Positions 22,235 through 31,502 of a stretch of 64,000 nucleotides of DNA are shown here, piece after piece. The translations under genes and the position numbers were made by a program. Source of the DNA: Terriglobia bacterium (GTDB taxonomy: Bacteria; Acidobacteriota; Polarisedimenticolia; Polarisedimenticolales; JAIQFR01). The DNA is taken from assembly GCA_963748015.1 (NCBI GenBank), contig CAVVHE010000004.1, positions 1,632,001-1,696,000 on the forward strand. The letters are read 5' to 3'. Each line of letters begins with the position of its first letter. Within the stretch, counting starts at the first letter, position 1. The notes beneath the pieces are model-generated. The model searched no databases. It worked only from the letters and a program-made list of their open reading frames with translations, and was not told where the DNA came from.

Positions 22235-23629
22235 GTGACCACAGAGGGCAAGAGAACCGAGCGGGATTCCATGGGAGAGATGGAAGTTCCCGATGGCGCC
22301 TACTACGGCGCGTCCACGCAACGAGCGGTCCTCAACTTCCCGATCAGCGGGCTCCGGATGCCCAGGCGGTTCGTGCGGGCCCTCGGACTGATCAAGTGGG
22401 CCGCCGCGAAGGCGAACCGGGACCTCGGCCGGCTCGACCCGCGCATCGCCGGCGCGATCGAGGCCGCAGCGGAGGAGGTCGCCGGGGGACGCCACGACGC
22501 CGACTTCGTCGTCGACGTCTTCCAGACCGGCTCGGGGACCTCCACGAACATGAACGCGAACGAGGTCATCGCGAACCGCGCGGCGGAGCTCCTCGGCGCG
22601 CCGCGGGGCTCGCGGGGAACCGTCCATCCGAACGACCACGTCAACCTCTCGCAGTCGAGCAACGACGTGATCCCGACGGCCCTCCACCTCGCGGCGCTCC
22701 TCGCCCTGGACGAGGTCCTCGAGCCGGCGGTGCGCGGCCTCAAGGGCGACCTCGAGGCGAAGTCGCGCGAGACGTGGGACGTGATCAAGACCGGGAGAAC
22801 GCACCTCCAGGACGCGACGCCGATCCGGATGGGCCAGGTCTTCAGGGGGTACGCCGACCAGATGGACCTCGCGCTGCGCCGCCTCGTCCACGCCCGCGAG
22901 GAGCTGGCCGCGGTCGCTCTCGGGGGAACGGCGGTCGGCACTGGCGTCAACGGCCATCCGGAGTTCGCCGGACGCGTGTGCGCCCAGGTGTCGGCCTGGA
23001 CCGGCGTTTCGATCCGCGAGACCTCGCACCACTTCCAGGCGCAGGCCACGCTCGACGCCGCCCTTACCGCCTCGGCCATGGTCCGGACGGTCGCCGTGAG
23101 CCTCCTCAAGATCGCGAACGACGTGAGGTGGCTGGCGTCGGGGCCCCGGTGCGGTATCGGAGAGTTGGCGATCCCGGAAGTGCAGCCGGGCAGCTCGATC
23201 ATGCCGGGGAAGGTGAACCCCGTGATCGCCGAGGCGCTGATCCAGGCCGCGGCCGAGTCGATCGCCGCCGATCTGGCCGTGCTGCAGGCCGCCGAGTGGA
23301 GCTTCTTCGAGCTGAACACCATGATGCCCCTCGCCGCCCTGCGGCTCGTGACCGGCATCGAGATCCTCGGGGCCGCCGCCGCGAACTTCGGCGAGAGGTG
23401 CGTGCGCGGCCTGCGAGCCACCGGCCGCGGCCCGGAGATGGTGGAGCGCGGGCTCGCCACCGTGACGGGGTTGGCACCCCTGATCGGGTACGACGAGGCC
23501 GCCGCGATCGCGCACGAGGCGGCGCGCTCCGGACGCACCGTGCGCGAGGTGGCGGCGGAGACCACCTCGCTCACCAAGGAGCAGCTCGACGCCGCCCTCG
23601 ACCCGTTCCGGATGACCGAGCCGGGCTAG
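22235..23629 (+). CDS. fumC: Class II fumarate hydratase (fumarase/aspartase superfamily)
   Basis: FQTGSGTSTNMN, SQSSND, GRTHLQDATP and GSSIMPGKVNP. Confidence 0.85.
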   Translation: MTTEGKRTERDSMGEMEVPDGAYYGASTQRAVLNFPISGLRMPRRFVRALGLIKWAAAKANRDLGRLDPRIAGAIEAAAEEVAGGRHDADFVVDVFQTGSGTSTNMNANEVIANRAAELLGAPRGSRGTVHPNDHVNLSQSSNDVIPTALHLAALLALDEVLEPAVRGLKGDLEAKSRETWDVIKTGRTHLQDATPIRMGQVFRGYADQMDLALRRLVHAREELAAVALGGTAVGTGVNGHPEFAGRVCAQVSAWTGVSIRETSHHFQAQATLDAALTASAMVRTVAVSLLKIANDVRWLASGPRCGIGELAIPEVQPGSSIMPGKVNPVIAEALIQAAAESIAADLAVLQAAEWSFFELNTMMPLAALRLVTGIEILGAAAANFGERCVRGLRATGRGPEMVERGLATVTGLAPLIGYDEAAAIAHEAARSGRTVREVAAETTSLTKEQLDAALDPFRMTEPG

Positions 23630-23711
23630 GAGCGCCGGGTAGCCGGTTCGGCGCGCCCCGCCGGCCGCGGCCCGTGGTGGCCGGCGCCGACGGGGCAGCC
23701 TCCGCCGCGGA

Positions 23712-25145
23712 TCAGCTGGACGGAGCCACGTTCTGGTTGAGACGGAACAGGTTCCCCGGATCGTACCTCGCCTTGAGCTTCGCGAGACGGTCGTAGTTGC
23801 GCCCGTAGGCCCCCGCGCGTACGCGCCCCGCCTCGTCCTCGGGCATGAAGTTCACGTACACGCCCCCCGTCGCGAACGGCGCGGCCGCGTCGTAGAAAGC
23901 GCGCGCCCAGGCGATGCACGCGGCATCCTGCGACGGCTCGCTCCACCGGGTGTGGACGTTGATCACGAACTGCACGTCGCGGTGCGGGTAGGCCGTCGCC
24001 CCGGCCGGGACGCGGTTGATCGCGCCTCCGAGATTCGCGATGAAGATCTCGCACTCCGGGGACGGAAGGCGGCGAACGGCGTCGAGCAGCGCGTCGAGCA
24101 GGCCGTCCTGAAGCTCGAGGAAATCGTGAGACTTCCAGTAGTTGCGCCGTCCTGGCGTCAGGAGCGGGTCGAACGCCGACTGCCAGCCCACGAACGGGTG
24201 CGGGCCGACGACGTCGGCGATCGGCTTCCCGATCGCGCGGAAGGGCGCCGCCGCCTTCTCGCCCGAAGCGATGTCCCCCGCGTGGCACAGCGCGAGGACG
24301 ACGACTTCCGTGCCGTGGACCTCCGGCGGCAGGAAGGGAAGCGGCGGGGCCTTGCGCAGCACGACCCAGCAGGTCATCCCCTCCGGGGCCCTCGCGACCA
24401 GCTCGCGGTACGCGCGAAGCACTTCGCGGGCCTCCGAGAACGGGTGCACGATCAGCCCCGCGACGACCTCCGGGCCGACGGGGTGGAGACGGAACTCGAA
24501 CGAGGTCACGACGCCGAGATTCCCTCCCCCTCCGCGTATCCCCCAGAACAGGTCGGGGTTCTCCTTCTCGCTCGCGTGCAGGAGCGCGCCGTCCGCCGTC
24601 ACGACGTCCGCCGCGAGAAGGTTGTCCGCGGTCAGGCCGTAGGTGCGGCTGAGCCAGCCGAATCCTCCCCCGAGCGTCAGCCCGGCTATCCCCGTCGTCG
24701 AGTTGATCCCCACCGGCGTCGCGAGGCCGAAGGCCTGGCACTCGCGGTCGACGTCGCCGAGCGTGGCGCCGGGCTCGACGCGCGCGGTGCGGGCCGAGGG
24801 ATCCACCCGGACCGAGCGCAACAGCGACAGGTCGATCATCAGCCCGCCGTCGCAGACCGCGTTCCCCGCGATGTTGTGCCCGCCGCTTCGCACCGCGAGC
24901 AGCAGCCGGTGCTCCTTCGCCAGCTTCACGCCGCGGATCACGTCCGCGGTGCCCGCCGCCCGGAGAACGGCCGCCGGGCGCTTGTCGATCATGGCGTTCC
25001 AGATGGTGCGGGCGTCCTCGTAGCCCGCGTCTCCGGGAAAGCAAAGAGAACCGCGGAGTTGCTCGCCAAGGGCACGAAGCGTCTCTACCGGGACCACCGC
25101 CGTCCCGCCGTCGCAATTCCTGAATGTCGTGCTCGTCATGTCCAT
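23712..25145 (-). CDS. FAD-binding oxidoreductase (berberine-bridge-enzyme-like)
   Basis: RSGGHN, TGIAGLTLGGG, LFWGIRGGGGN, YVNF and KARYDPGNLF. Confidence 0.92.
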   Translation of the reverse strand: MDMTSTTFRNCDGGTAVVPVETLRALGEQLRGSLCFPGDAGYEDARTIWNAMIDKRPAAVLRAAGTADVIRGVKLAKEHRLLLAVRSGGHNIAGNAVCDGGLMIDLSLLRSVRVDPSARTARVEPGATLGDVDRECQAFGLATPVGINSTTGIAGLTLGGGFGWLSRTYGLTADNLLAADVVTADGALLHASEKENPDLFWGIRGGGGNLGVVTSFEFRLHPVGPEVVAGLIVHPFSEAREVLRAYRELVARAPEGMTCWVVLRKAPPLPFLPPEVHGTEVVVLALCHAGDIASGEKAAAPFRAIGKPIADVVGPHPFVGWQSAFDPLLTPGRRNYWKSHDFLELQDGLLDALLDAVRRLPSPECEIFIANLGGAINRVPAGATAYPHRDVQFVINVHTRWSEPSQDAACIAWARAFYDAAAPFATGGVYVNFMPEDEAGRVRAGAYGRNYDRLAKLKARYDPGNLFRLNQNVAPSS

Positions 25146-25280
25146 ACTCCTCCACGTGACACGGGGTCGGAAAGCACGCCGCCGGCGTGCGAATAATGGA
25201 CACAAACTGTCATGTTTTGGAGACTACGCCCGGTGGGGCGGCCCGTCAAGAAAGCCGGAAGTGGTCGGGAAGCGGCGGCT

Positions 25281-26924
25281 TCAGCCTCGCGGCTTGGGGA
25301 ACAGGACCCCCGGAGCGAATCGCCACTCGGGGTCCAGGGCGGCCTTGATACCCCGCATCGCCTCGACCGCGCCGTCGCCGAGGAAGCGCCGGAGCATCTC
25401 CTGCTTGACCGCGCTCTTCCCCACGCCGTGCTCCGACAGGGGCGAGCCTCCTCGCCGCGCCGCCTCCTCCGCGAACTCGAGCAGCGCCTCGACGGCGAGG
25501 TGCGCCTCGGCGCTGGTTCGCGGCATCGCGTTCGGGTGCAGGTTCCCGTCGGACACGTGCCCCCAGATCGCGAACTCCAGGCCGCGGCGCGCGAAACCGT
25601 CCTCGTAGATCGGGATCATCTCGGCGAGGCGATCGAACGGGACGATCAGGTCCCCGCCGACCTTCTTCGCTCCGGGGTCGTCGAGGCGCCGGCTCGCGAG
25701 GATCTCGTTCACGCGCTTCGGCACGGCCTCGCGGAACTCGTGCAGCGCCTCGCGCCTCGCCTGGTCTTCCGGAAACGCGGCCTCGAGGGTCTCGAGGGCT
25801 CCGTGCCTCGAGAGGATTCGCAGGAGCCTCGGGATGGGAGCGTCGGGTGCTCCCGTCTCGTCCGCGAGGAACGTCTCGAACGCCTCCTGGGCCTCGTCGT
25901 TTCCGACGCGCTCCGGCAGCTCCATCTCGAACAGCAATCCCGCCCCCGCGCCCTCGGGGATGGCCACGCGCAGCTTCTTCGCGTCGCCGTGCTCGAGCAG
26001 CAGCGTCAGCGCCCGCCCGTCCACGAGCTCGATCGCGCGCACGTCGGGTCCGCGCGGATCGGCGGCCGCGCGTGCGGACATCGCGTCCCCCCTCAGGTCG
26101 GCGGAAATCGCGAGCAAGGCGTCGAGCCCGGCCGGGAAGACGAGGCCCGTCAGGACCGCCGGGGGGGCCGGTACGACGTCCACCGTGACATCCGTGATCA
26201 GCCCTAGAGTGCCCTCCGAGCCGACGAAGAGGTCCACGAGATCCAGCGGGTCGGCGGAGTGGTAGCCGGCGGAGATCTTCTTGAGGTCGGGGAGGCGCCA
26301 CCCGGGCACGGGCACCGTCAGGACGGACCCGTCCGAAAGACGAACGAGAAAGCGCTCCCCGCGCCGCGCGACGGCCTGCCCGCGCTCGAGCGCCAGCAGG
26401 TCGCCGTTCCAGAGCAGGACGCGCAATCCGCGAATCCACTGGCGCGTGACGCCGTACTTGAAGGTGGCCGACCCTCCCGCGTTCGTCGAGGCCGTGCCGC
26501 CGAGCATCGCCTCCTGGTAGGTCGGCACCGGAGGGTAGTAGAAGCCGCGCGAGGCCAACTCGCGCTGCAAGTCCTTGAGCCGCACCCCGGCGCCGGCCGA
26601 GACGCACGCCCCCCCGGGGTAGCGCTCGATCGGGCCGATCCCGTCGAGCTTCTCGACCGACAGGACGATCTCGCCGGAGGGCACGGCACCCCCGGTCAGC
26701 GACGAGCGCGCCGCCTGCGGGAGCACCGCGACGCCCTGCCCCGCGGTCGCTCGCAGGAACGCCGCGGCCTCGCCCTCGCTCGACGGCCGGAGGAGCCCCC
26801 CAGCCCGGCCCGGCGGGTTGCCGGAGGCGTCCTCGAGGTAGGCCTCGAGGATCGAGGGATCCGTGACCGGCTCCGGAAAGGGAACCTCTCGCGGAGCAGA
26901 CGCCACAACGAGCGGATCGGCCAT
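25281..26924 (-). CDS. FAD-linked oxidase (GlcD / D-lactate dehydrogenase-like)
   Basis: SSLTGG, TNAGG, GSEGTLG, GHVSDGNLH and SEHGVG. Confidence 0.88.
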   Translation of the reverse strand: MADPLVVASAPREVPFPEPVTDPSILEAYLEDASGNPPGRAGGLLRPSSEGEAAAFLRATAGQGVAVLPQAARSSLTGGAVPSGEIVLSVEKLDGIGPIERYPGGACVSAGAGVRLKDLQRELASRGFYYPPVPTYQEAMLGGTASTNAGGSATFKYGVTRQWIRGLRVLLWNGDLLALERGQAVARRGERFLVRLSDGSVLTVPVPGWRLPDLKKISAGYHSADPLDLVDLFVGSEGTLGLITDVTVDVVPAPPAVLTGLVFPAGLDALLAISADLRGDAMSARAAADPRGPDVRAIELVDGRALTLLLEHGDAKKLRVAIPEGAGAGLLFEMELPERVGNDEAQEAFETFLADETGAPDAPIPRLLRILSRHGALETLEAAFPEDQARREALHEFREAVPKRVNEILASRRLDDPGAKKVGGDLIVPFDRLAEMIPIYEDGFARRGLEFAIWGHVSDGNLHPNAMPRTSAEAHLAVEALLEFAEEAARRGGSPLSEHGVGKSAVKQEMLRRFLGDGAVEAMRGIKAALDPEWRFAPGVLFPKPRG

Positions 26925-27026
26925 GCAGGGGCCCTCGCGCGCGGTCGCGGGAGACGGGGCGCGCCACGCGCCCCGTCCGGTCATGGTCGGGAGTTCCGGC
27001 GCGCGAGTCAAGGGCGCGGAACGACG

Positions 27027-27401
27027 TCAGGCCGGCCGCGTCCTCGCGAGGCGGACGATTCCCCAGACGAGCGCGCCGCCGAGCAGGAGCGGCAACACGA
27101 GGAAGAGAATCGCCACGCCGAGCACCAGGGCCGGCACCAGCAGGAGGCCGCCCGCCAGCACGACCATTCCCGCGACCAGACCCGCGATGCCGAGGCCCAC
27201 GCCGATCAGGGCTCCCGCGATCTTGAAGGGAAGGAACAGGATCTTGAACGCGACCTTCAGGACCAGCGCCACGAGAAGAAGCGGAAGGAAGATCGCGAGA
27301 CCGAACAGAAGCATGCCACCCAGCATCAGGGCGACCATCGACGTCCACCTCCGGCCGGCGGGACGAGCCCGGATGGGCACGCGCTCCCGGCCCCACACCA
27401 T
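27027..27401 (-). CDS. Small hydrophobic membrane protein
   Basis: Almost entirely hydrophobic after residue 20; the true start may be further downstream. Confidence 0.65.
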   Translation of the reverse strand: MVWGRERVPIRARPAGRRWTSMVALMLGGMLLFGLAIFLPLLLVALVLKVAFKILFLPFKIAGALIGVGLGIAGLVAGMVVLAGGLLLVPALVLGVAILFLVLPLLLGGALVWGIVRLARTRPA

Positions 27402-27514
27402 GAGATACGGCTATCGGGGCCCCGGGTTCCCGGATCCCGTTGACGGAACCCCCGGGTCGGCGTACAGGGTATGCGGAGATTGGCGCCGGACGGCGCCCGC
27501 TCGTGGAGGAACGC

Positions 27515-29365
27515 GTGCGCCTACGTCGCTCGGTACCGGTCCTGCTTGCCCTGGCGCTTCTGGCGGGTTCCTCCGCGACGGCGGTCGCGGCGGCATCGGA
27601 CGCCCCCCTGTCCCCCGACGCGAAGATCGCCCCCTGGCTGCTCGACCGCCTCGCGGCCTCCGGCGCCGACTCGTTCCTCGTGCTGTTCGACGGCCCCGAG
27701 TCCATTCGCTCCGCGATCCGGACGGCGCGGCGTGGCGACCGCTCCGCGATGGGGGTCTACGACGTCCTGCGCGTCCGGGCCCGATCCTCGCAGGGGGCGG
27801 TTCGCGATTGGCTCGGCGCGAAGGGGATCCCCTTCCGGCCGCTCTACATCGTGAACGGTCTCGAGGTGTCGGGCAGCCTGGAGCTGGCCCGCGCGATCGC
27901 CGCGCGCTCCGAGGTGGCGAGGATCGTGGGCAACCCGGTGGTCCGCGGGATCGAGGGCTCGGACCCGGTGGTCCTCCTCTCGTGCGGCCTCCCCTACGGG
28001 GTATCGGCGATCCGCGCGAACCAGGTGTGGACCCAGGACGGCGCTCGCGGCCAGGGAATCGTGGTCGCCTCCGCGGACACGGGCGTCCAGTGGGACCACC
28101 CGGCGATCGTCGCAGCGTACCGCGGGTGGAGCGCCGGATCGGCAAGCCACGACTACAACTGGCACGACGCGATCTCGGACCTGGCGGAGCCCCTCGACGA
28201 CCACGGCCACGGAACGCACACGACGGGGACGATGGTGGGGGACAACGGCGCCGGCGAGACGATCGGCGTCGCGCCGCAGGCACGCTGGATCGCTTGCAGG
28301 AACATGGACCATGGCGCCGGCCGGCCGTCGACGTACCTCGAATGCAATCAGTTCTTCCTGGCGCCTTACCCGCACGGCGGCGACCCGGAGGCGGACGGCG
28401 ACCCTTCCCGGGCCCCCGACGTGATCAACAACTCGTGGGGTTGTCCCCCGTCCGAGGGATGCGACCCGCTCGTCCTGGAGGACAGCTTCGCGGCGCTGGA
28501 GGCGGCGGGCATCCTCCCCGTTGCGGCGGCGGGCAACAGCGGTCCCAGCTGCTCGACGGTCAGCGACCCGCCGCCGATCTACCAGGCGTCCTTCGTGGCC
28601 GGCGCCACGAACTCCTCGAAAACTCTCGCGAGCTTCTCGTCGCGCGGGCCGGTGGTCGTCGACGGCAGCAACCGGCTCCGGCCGGACGTCGTCGCGCCCG
28701 GTGTCGGCGTCTGCTCGGCCTACCCGCCCGGCGCCTACGCGAGCTCCAGCGGGACGAGCATGGCCAGCCCCCACACGGCGGGCGCGGCCGCGCTCCTCTG
28801 GTCGGCGCGACCGCAGCTCAAGAACCTGATCGGGATCACCCGCTGCACGCTGAGCCGTTCGGCGAACCCGGCGGTGACGCTTTCCGCGCCTCAAACGTGC
28901 GGGGACACCCCCACGACGACCCTTCCCAACAACATGTTCGGATGGGGGCAGGTGGACGCGTACGCCGCCGTGCACTTCGGACCCGACGCCGACGTCGACG
29001 GGATCGCCGACCCCTGCGATTGCGCCCCCGCCGACTCCGGCGCCTACGACGCTCCCCGCGAGATCGCGCACCTCGAGGTCGCGGATGCCGCCACGGTGCT
29101 CTGGGACTCCGCTTCCCACGAGGCCGGCGCCGGCACCGTGTACGACCTCGTCCGGGGCACGCTCCAGGAGCTGATGGCCGCGGGGAGCATCGCCGGCGCG
29201 GGCTGCGTCGCTTCCGCGACCTCCGCGACCACGTTCTCCGAGACGCTCACGCCGGCGCCGGACGAGGGCTTCTACTACGTGGTCCGCGGACGCAACGCCT
29301 GCGGCACCGGCACCTGGGGCGACTCCTCGCCCGGCACCCCGCGCACCCACGCCGACTGCCCCTGA
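27515..29365 (+). CDS. Secreted S8 subtilisin-like serine protease with C-terminal Cys/Asp-rich domain
   Basis: Catalytic DTG, HGTHT and GTSMASP; signal peptide; GGAGG before GTG 27515; tail DADVDGIADPCDCAP...YYVVRGRNACG. Confidence 0.9.
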   Translation: MRLRRSVPVLLALALLAGSSATAVAAASDAPLSPDAKIAPWLLDRLAASGADSFLVLFDGPESIRSAIRTARRGDRSAMGVYDVLRVRARSSQGAVRDWLGAKGIPFRPLYIVNGLEVSGSLELARAIAARSEVARIVGNPVVRGIEGSDPVVLLSCGLPYGVSAIRANQVWTQDGARGQGIVVASADTGVQWDHPAIVAAYRGWSAGSASHDYNWHDAISDLAEPLDDHGHGTHTTGTMVGDNGAGETIGVAPQARWIACRNMDHGAGRPSTYLECNQFFLAPYPHGGDPEADGDPSRAPDVINNSWGCPPSEGCDPLVLEDSFAALEAAGILPVAAAGNSGPSCSTVSDPPPIYQASFVAGATNSSKTLASFSSRGPVVVDGSNRLRPDVVAPGVGVCSAYPPGAYASSSGTSMASPHTAGAAALLWSARPQLKNLIGITRCTLSRSANPAVTLSAPQTCGDTPTTTLPNNMFGWGQVDAYAAVHFGPDADVDGIADPCDCAPADSGAYDAPREIAHLEVADAATVLWDSASHEAGAGTVYDLVRGTLQELMAAGSIAGAGCVASATSATTFSETLTPAPDEGFYYVVRGRNACGTGTWGDSSPGTPRTHADCP

Positions 29366-29417
29366 CCCCCGCCGGCTTTGAGCGGGCCGTCAGAGAGGTC
29401 GAAGCTCGCCGATCCAC

Positions 29418-29498
29418 CCCGCTCGGACTCGGCTGCACTGGTTCGTAGCCGGCCCTTTTCCGGGCCGGCGAGAACCGGTGCAGCCGAGTCCGAGCGGG
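29418..29498 (+). repeat. REP-like element family B, copy 5
   Basis: Core GTAGCCGGCCCTTTTCCGGGCCGGCGA (29445-29471) in 27-bp arms (one T-G). Confidence 0.9.
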
Positions 29499-29530
29499 TG
29501 ACGATTACGAGCACGAGGCCGAAGACGGAC

Positions 29531-29570
29531 GCAAACGGCCTTTTCCGGGCCGGCGAGAACGCATTCGGCC
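29531..29570 (+). repeat. REP-like element family B, copy 6 (left arm missing)
   Basis: GCAAACGGCCTTTTCCGGGCCGGCGA followed by GAACGCATTCGGCC (nearly the copy 3 right arm), which recurs near 29604. Confidence 0.75.
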
Positions 29571-29626
29571 AAGGGCGAGCCGAGGACCTGCCTCACCGAA
29601 GCCGAACGCATTCGGCCGAGGGCGGG

Positions 29627-31153
29627 CTACAGGTCGAACTTGACCGCCTGCGCGAGCGGAAGCTCGCGGCTCCAGTTGATGGTGTTGGTCTGCCGGCGCA
29701 TGTAGGCCTTCCAGGAGTCGGAGCCGGATTCCCGGCCGCCCCCGGTGTCCTTCTCGCCGCCGAACGCGCCGCCGATCTCGGCCCCCGACGTCCCGATGTT
29801 CACGTTCGCGATGCCGCAATCGCTCCCGAGGTGGCTCAGGAACGTCTCGGCGGAGATCAGGCTCGTCGTGAAGATCGCCGAGGACAGCCCCTGCGGGACG
29901 TCGTTGTGGAGCGCGATCGCCTCGTCGAGGGTCTCGAACTCGAAAACGTAGAGGATCGGGGCGAACGTCTCGTCCTTCGCGATCTCGAGGTCCTTGTGGG
30001 CCTTCACGATCGTCGGCTTCACGAAGTACCCCGGCCGGTCCACCTTCTTGCCGCCGCACAGCACGGCGCCGCCTTCTTTCTTGGCCCGTTCCAGGGCCGC
30101 CATCATGGCGTCCACCGCCTCGGCATCGATCAGCGGTCCCATCAGGGTCTTCGCGTCCAGCGGGTCGCCGATCCGGACTTGGCCGTAGGCCTTGACGAGC
30201 CGGTCGGTCAGCTCCTTGGCGATCCCCTTCTGGATGATCACCCGGCGCGTCGAGGTGCAGCGCTGCCCCGCGGTGCCCACCGCGCCGAACAGGATCGCCC
30301 GCACGGCGAGGTCGAGGTCCGCGTCGTCCGTCACGACGATCGCGTTGTTCCCGCCGAGCTCGAGGATCGTCCGGCCGAGCCGCTCGCCCACGACCGTCGC
30401 GATCCGGCGTCCCATGCGGCAGGAGCCGGTGGCCGAGATCAGGGGGATCCGCCGGTCGTGGAGCATGAGCTCCCCGACGTCCTTGCCGCGGCCGATCACG
30501 AGATTGAAGACTCCTTCGAGGCCGTTCCGCTGCATCACGTCGTTGCAGATGTTCTGCACCGCGACGGCGGTGAGCGGCGTCTTCGACGACGGCTTCCAGA
30601 TCATGGTGTCGCCGCAGACCGCCGCGATCGCCGCGTTCCACGCCCAGACGGCCACGGGGAAGTTGAACGCGCTGACGATCCCGACGGCGCCGAGGGGATG
30701 CCACTGCTCGTACATCCGGTGCATCGGGCGCTCGGAGTGCATCGTGAGGCCGTACAGCTGGCGGGAGAGGCCGACGGCGAAGTCGCAGATGTCGATCATC
30801 TCCTGAACCTCGCCGAGCCCCTCGGAGAGGATCTTCCCCGCCTCGAGCGACACGAGGCGGCCCAGGTTCTCCCTGTGCTTCCTCAGCTCGTCGCCGAGCT
30901 GCCGCACGATCTCGCCGCGCTTCGGGGCGGGCATCATCCGCCAGGTCGCGAACGCCCGGTGCGCGGCGGCGGCCACCCGCTCGTAGTCCTCCGCCGTGGC
31001 CTGCAGCACCTCCGCGAGCGGCTCGCCGGTCGACGGGTTGACGGACAGGAGCTTGGGACCACGGGTTTCGATCCAGGTCCCCGTGGAGGCGCCGGGGCTT
31101 GTCTTGCGGACTCTGAGCGCTTTGAGCACGGACGCGGCCGTCATCGTCGTCAT
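29627..31153 (-). CDS. Aldehyde dehydrogenase (ALDH7 / piperideine-6-carboxylate dehydrogenase-like)
   Basis: AFNFPVAVWAWN, LELGGNNA, GTAGQRCT, ETFAP and GGGRESGSD. Confidence 0.92.
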   Translation of the reverse strand: MTTMTAASVLKALRVRKTSPGASTGTWIETRGPKLLSVNPSTGEPLAEVLQATAEDYERVAAAAHRAFATWRMMPAPKRGEIVRQLGDELRKHRENLGRLVSLEAGKILSEGLGEVQEMIDICDFAVGLSRQLYGLTMHSERPMHRMYEQWHPLGAVGIVSAFNFPVAVWAWNAAIAAVCGDTMIWKPSSKTPLTAVAVQNICNDVMQRNGLEGVFNLVIGRGKDVGELMLHDRRIPLISATGSCRMGRRIATVVGERLGRTILELGGNNAIVVTDDADLDLAVRAILFGAVGTAGQRCTSTRRVIIQKGIAKELTDRLVKAYGQVRIGDPLDAKTLMGPLIDAEAVDAMMAALERAKKEGGAVLCGGKKVDRPGYFVKPTIVKAHKDLEIAKDETFAPILYVFEFETLDEAIALHNDVPQGLSSAIFTTSLISAETFLSHLGSDCGIANVNIGTSGAEIGGAFGGEKDTGGGRESGSDSWKAYMRRQTNTINWSRELPLAQAVKFDL

Positions 31154-31262
31154 GGGTTATCTCCGACGCGGAATGCGGTAATCCGCCGGCTTTCGATGAA
31201 AGGTGCAGTCTAGCAAACGGCGGGCCGCGCGTCAGGGCGGCGCCTCCCGTGCGCGTCGAGCC

Positions 31263-31336
31263 GCTCGGGCCGAGGCGGGAGTGCCGCAGACAGCCCTTTT
31301 TCGGGCTGGAGAGGACACTCCCGCCTCGGCCCGAGC
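31263..31336 (+). repeat. REP-like element family B, copy 7
   Basis: Core GCAGACAGCCCTTTTTCGGGCTGGAGA (31286-31312); arms related to copy 4. Confidence 0.88.
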
Positions 31337-31368
31337 AGGTGGCATGGCATGGCTGCGGGGAGCCCACG

Positions 31369-31450
31369 AGCCGCGCGTTCTCGCGGCTTGGGTTCGTAGG
31401 CGGCCCTTTTTCGGGCCGACGAGAACCCAAGCCGTCGAGGACGCGCGGCT
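31369..31450 (+). repeat. REP-like element family B, copy 8
   Basis: Core GTAGGCGGCCCTTTTTCGGGCCGACGA (31396-31422) in about 27-bp arms. Confidence 0.88.
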
Positions 31451-31502
31451 TAGTCACGGGGGGCCCGGTGCGATCGGTGCCAAAACGGGTACGATAGGCG
31501 CC

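Noticed and set aside
31203..31502. N-terminal extension of the oxoglutarate dehydrogenase ORF
   Set aside because: The region consists of family B repeats; the conserved protein begins at ATG 31503.
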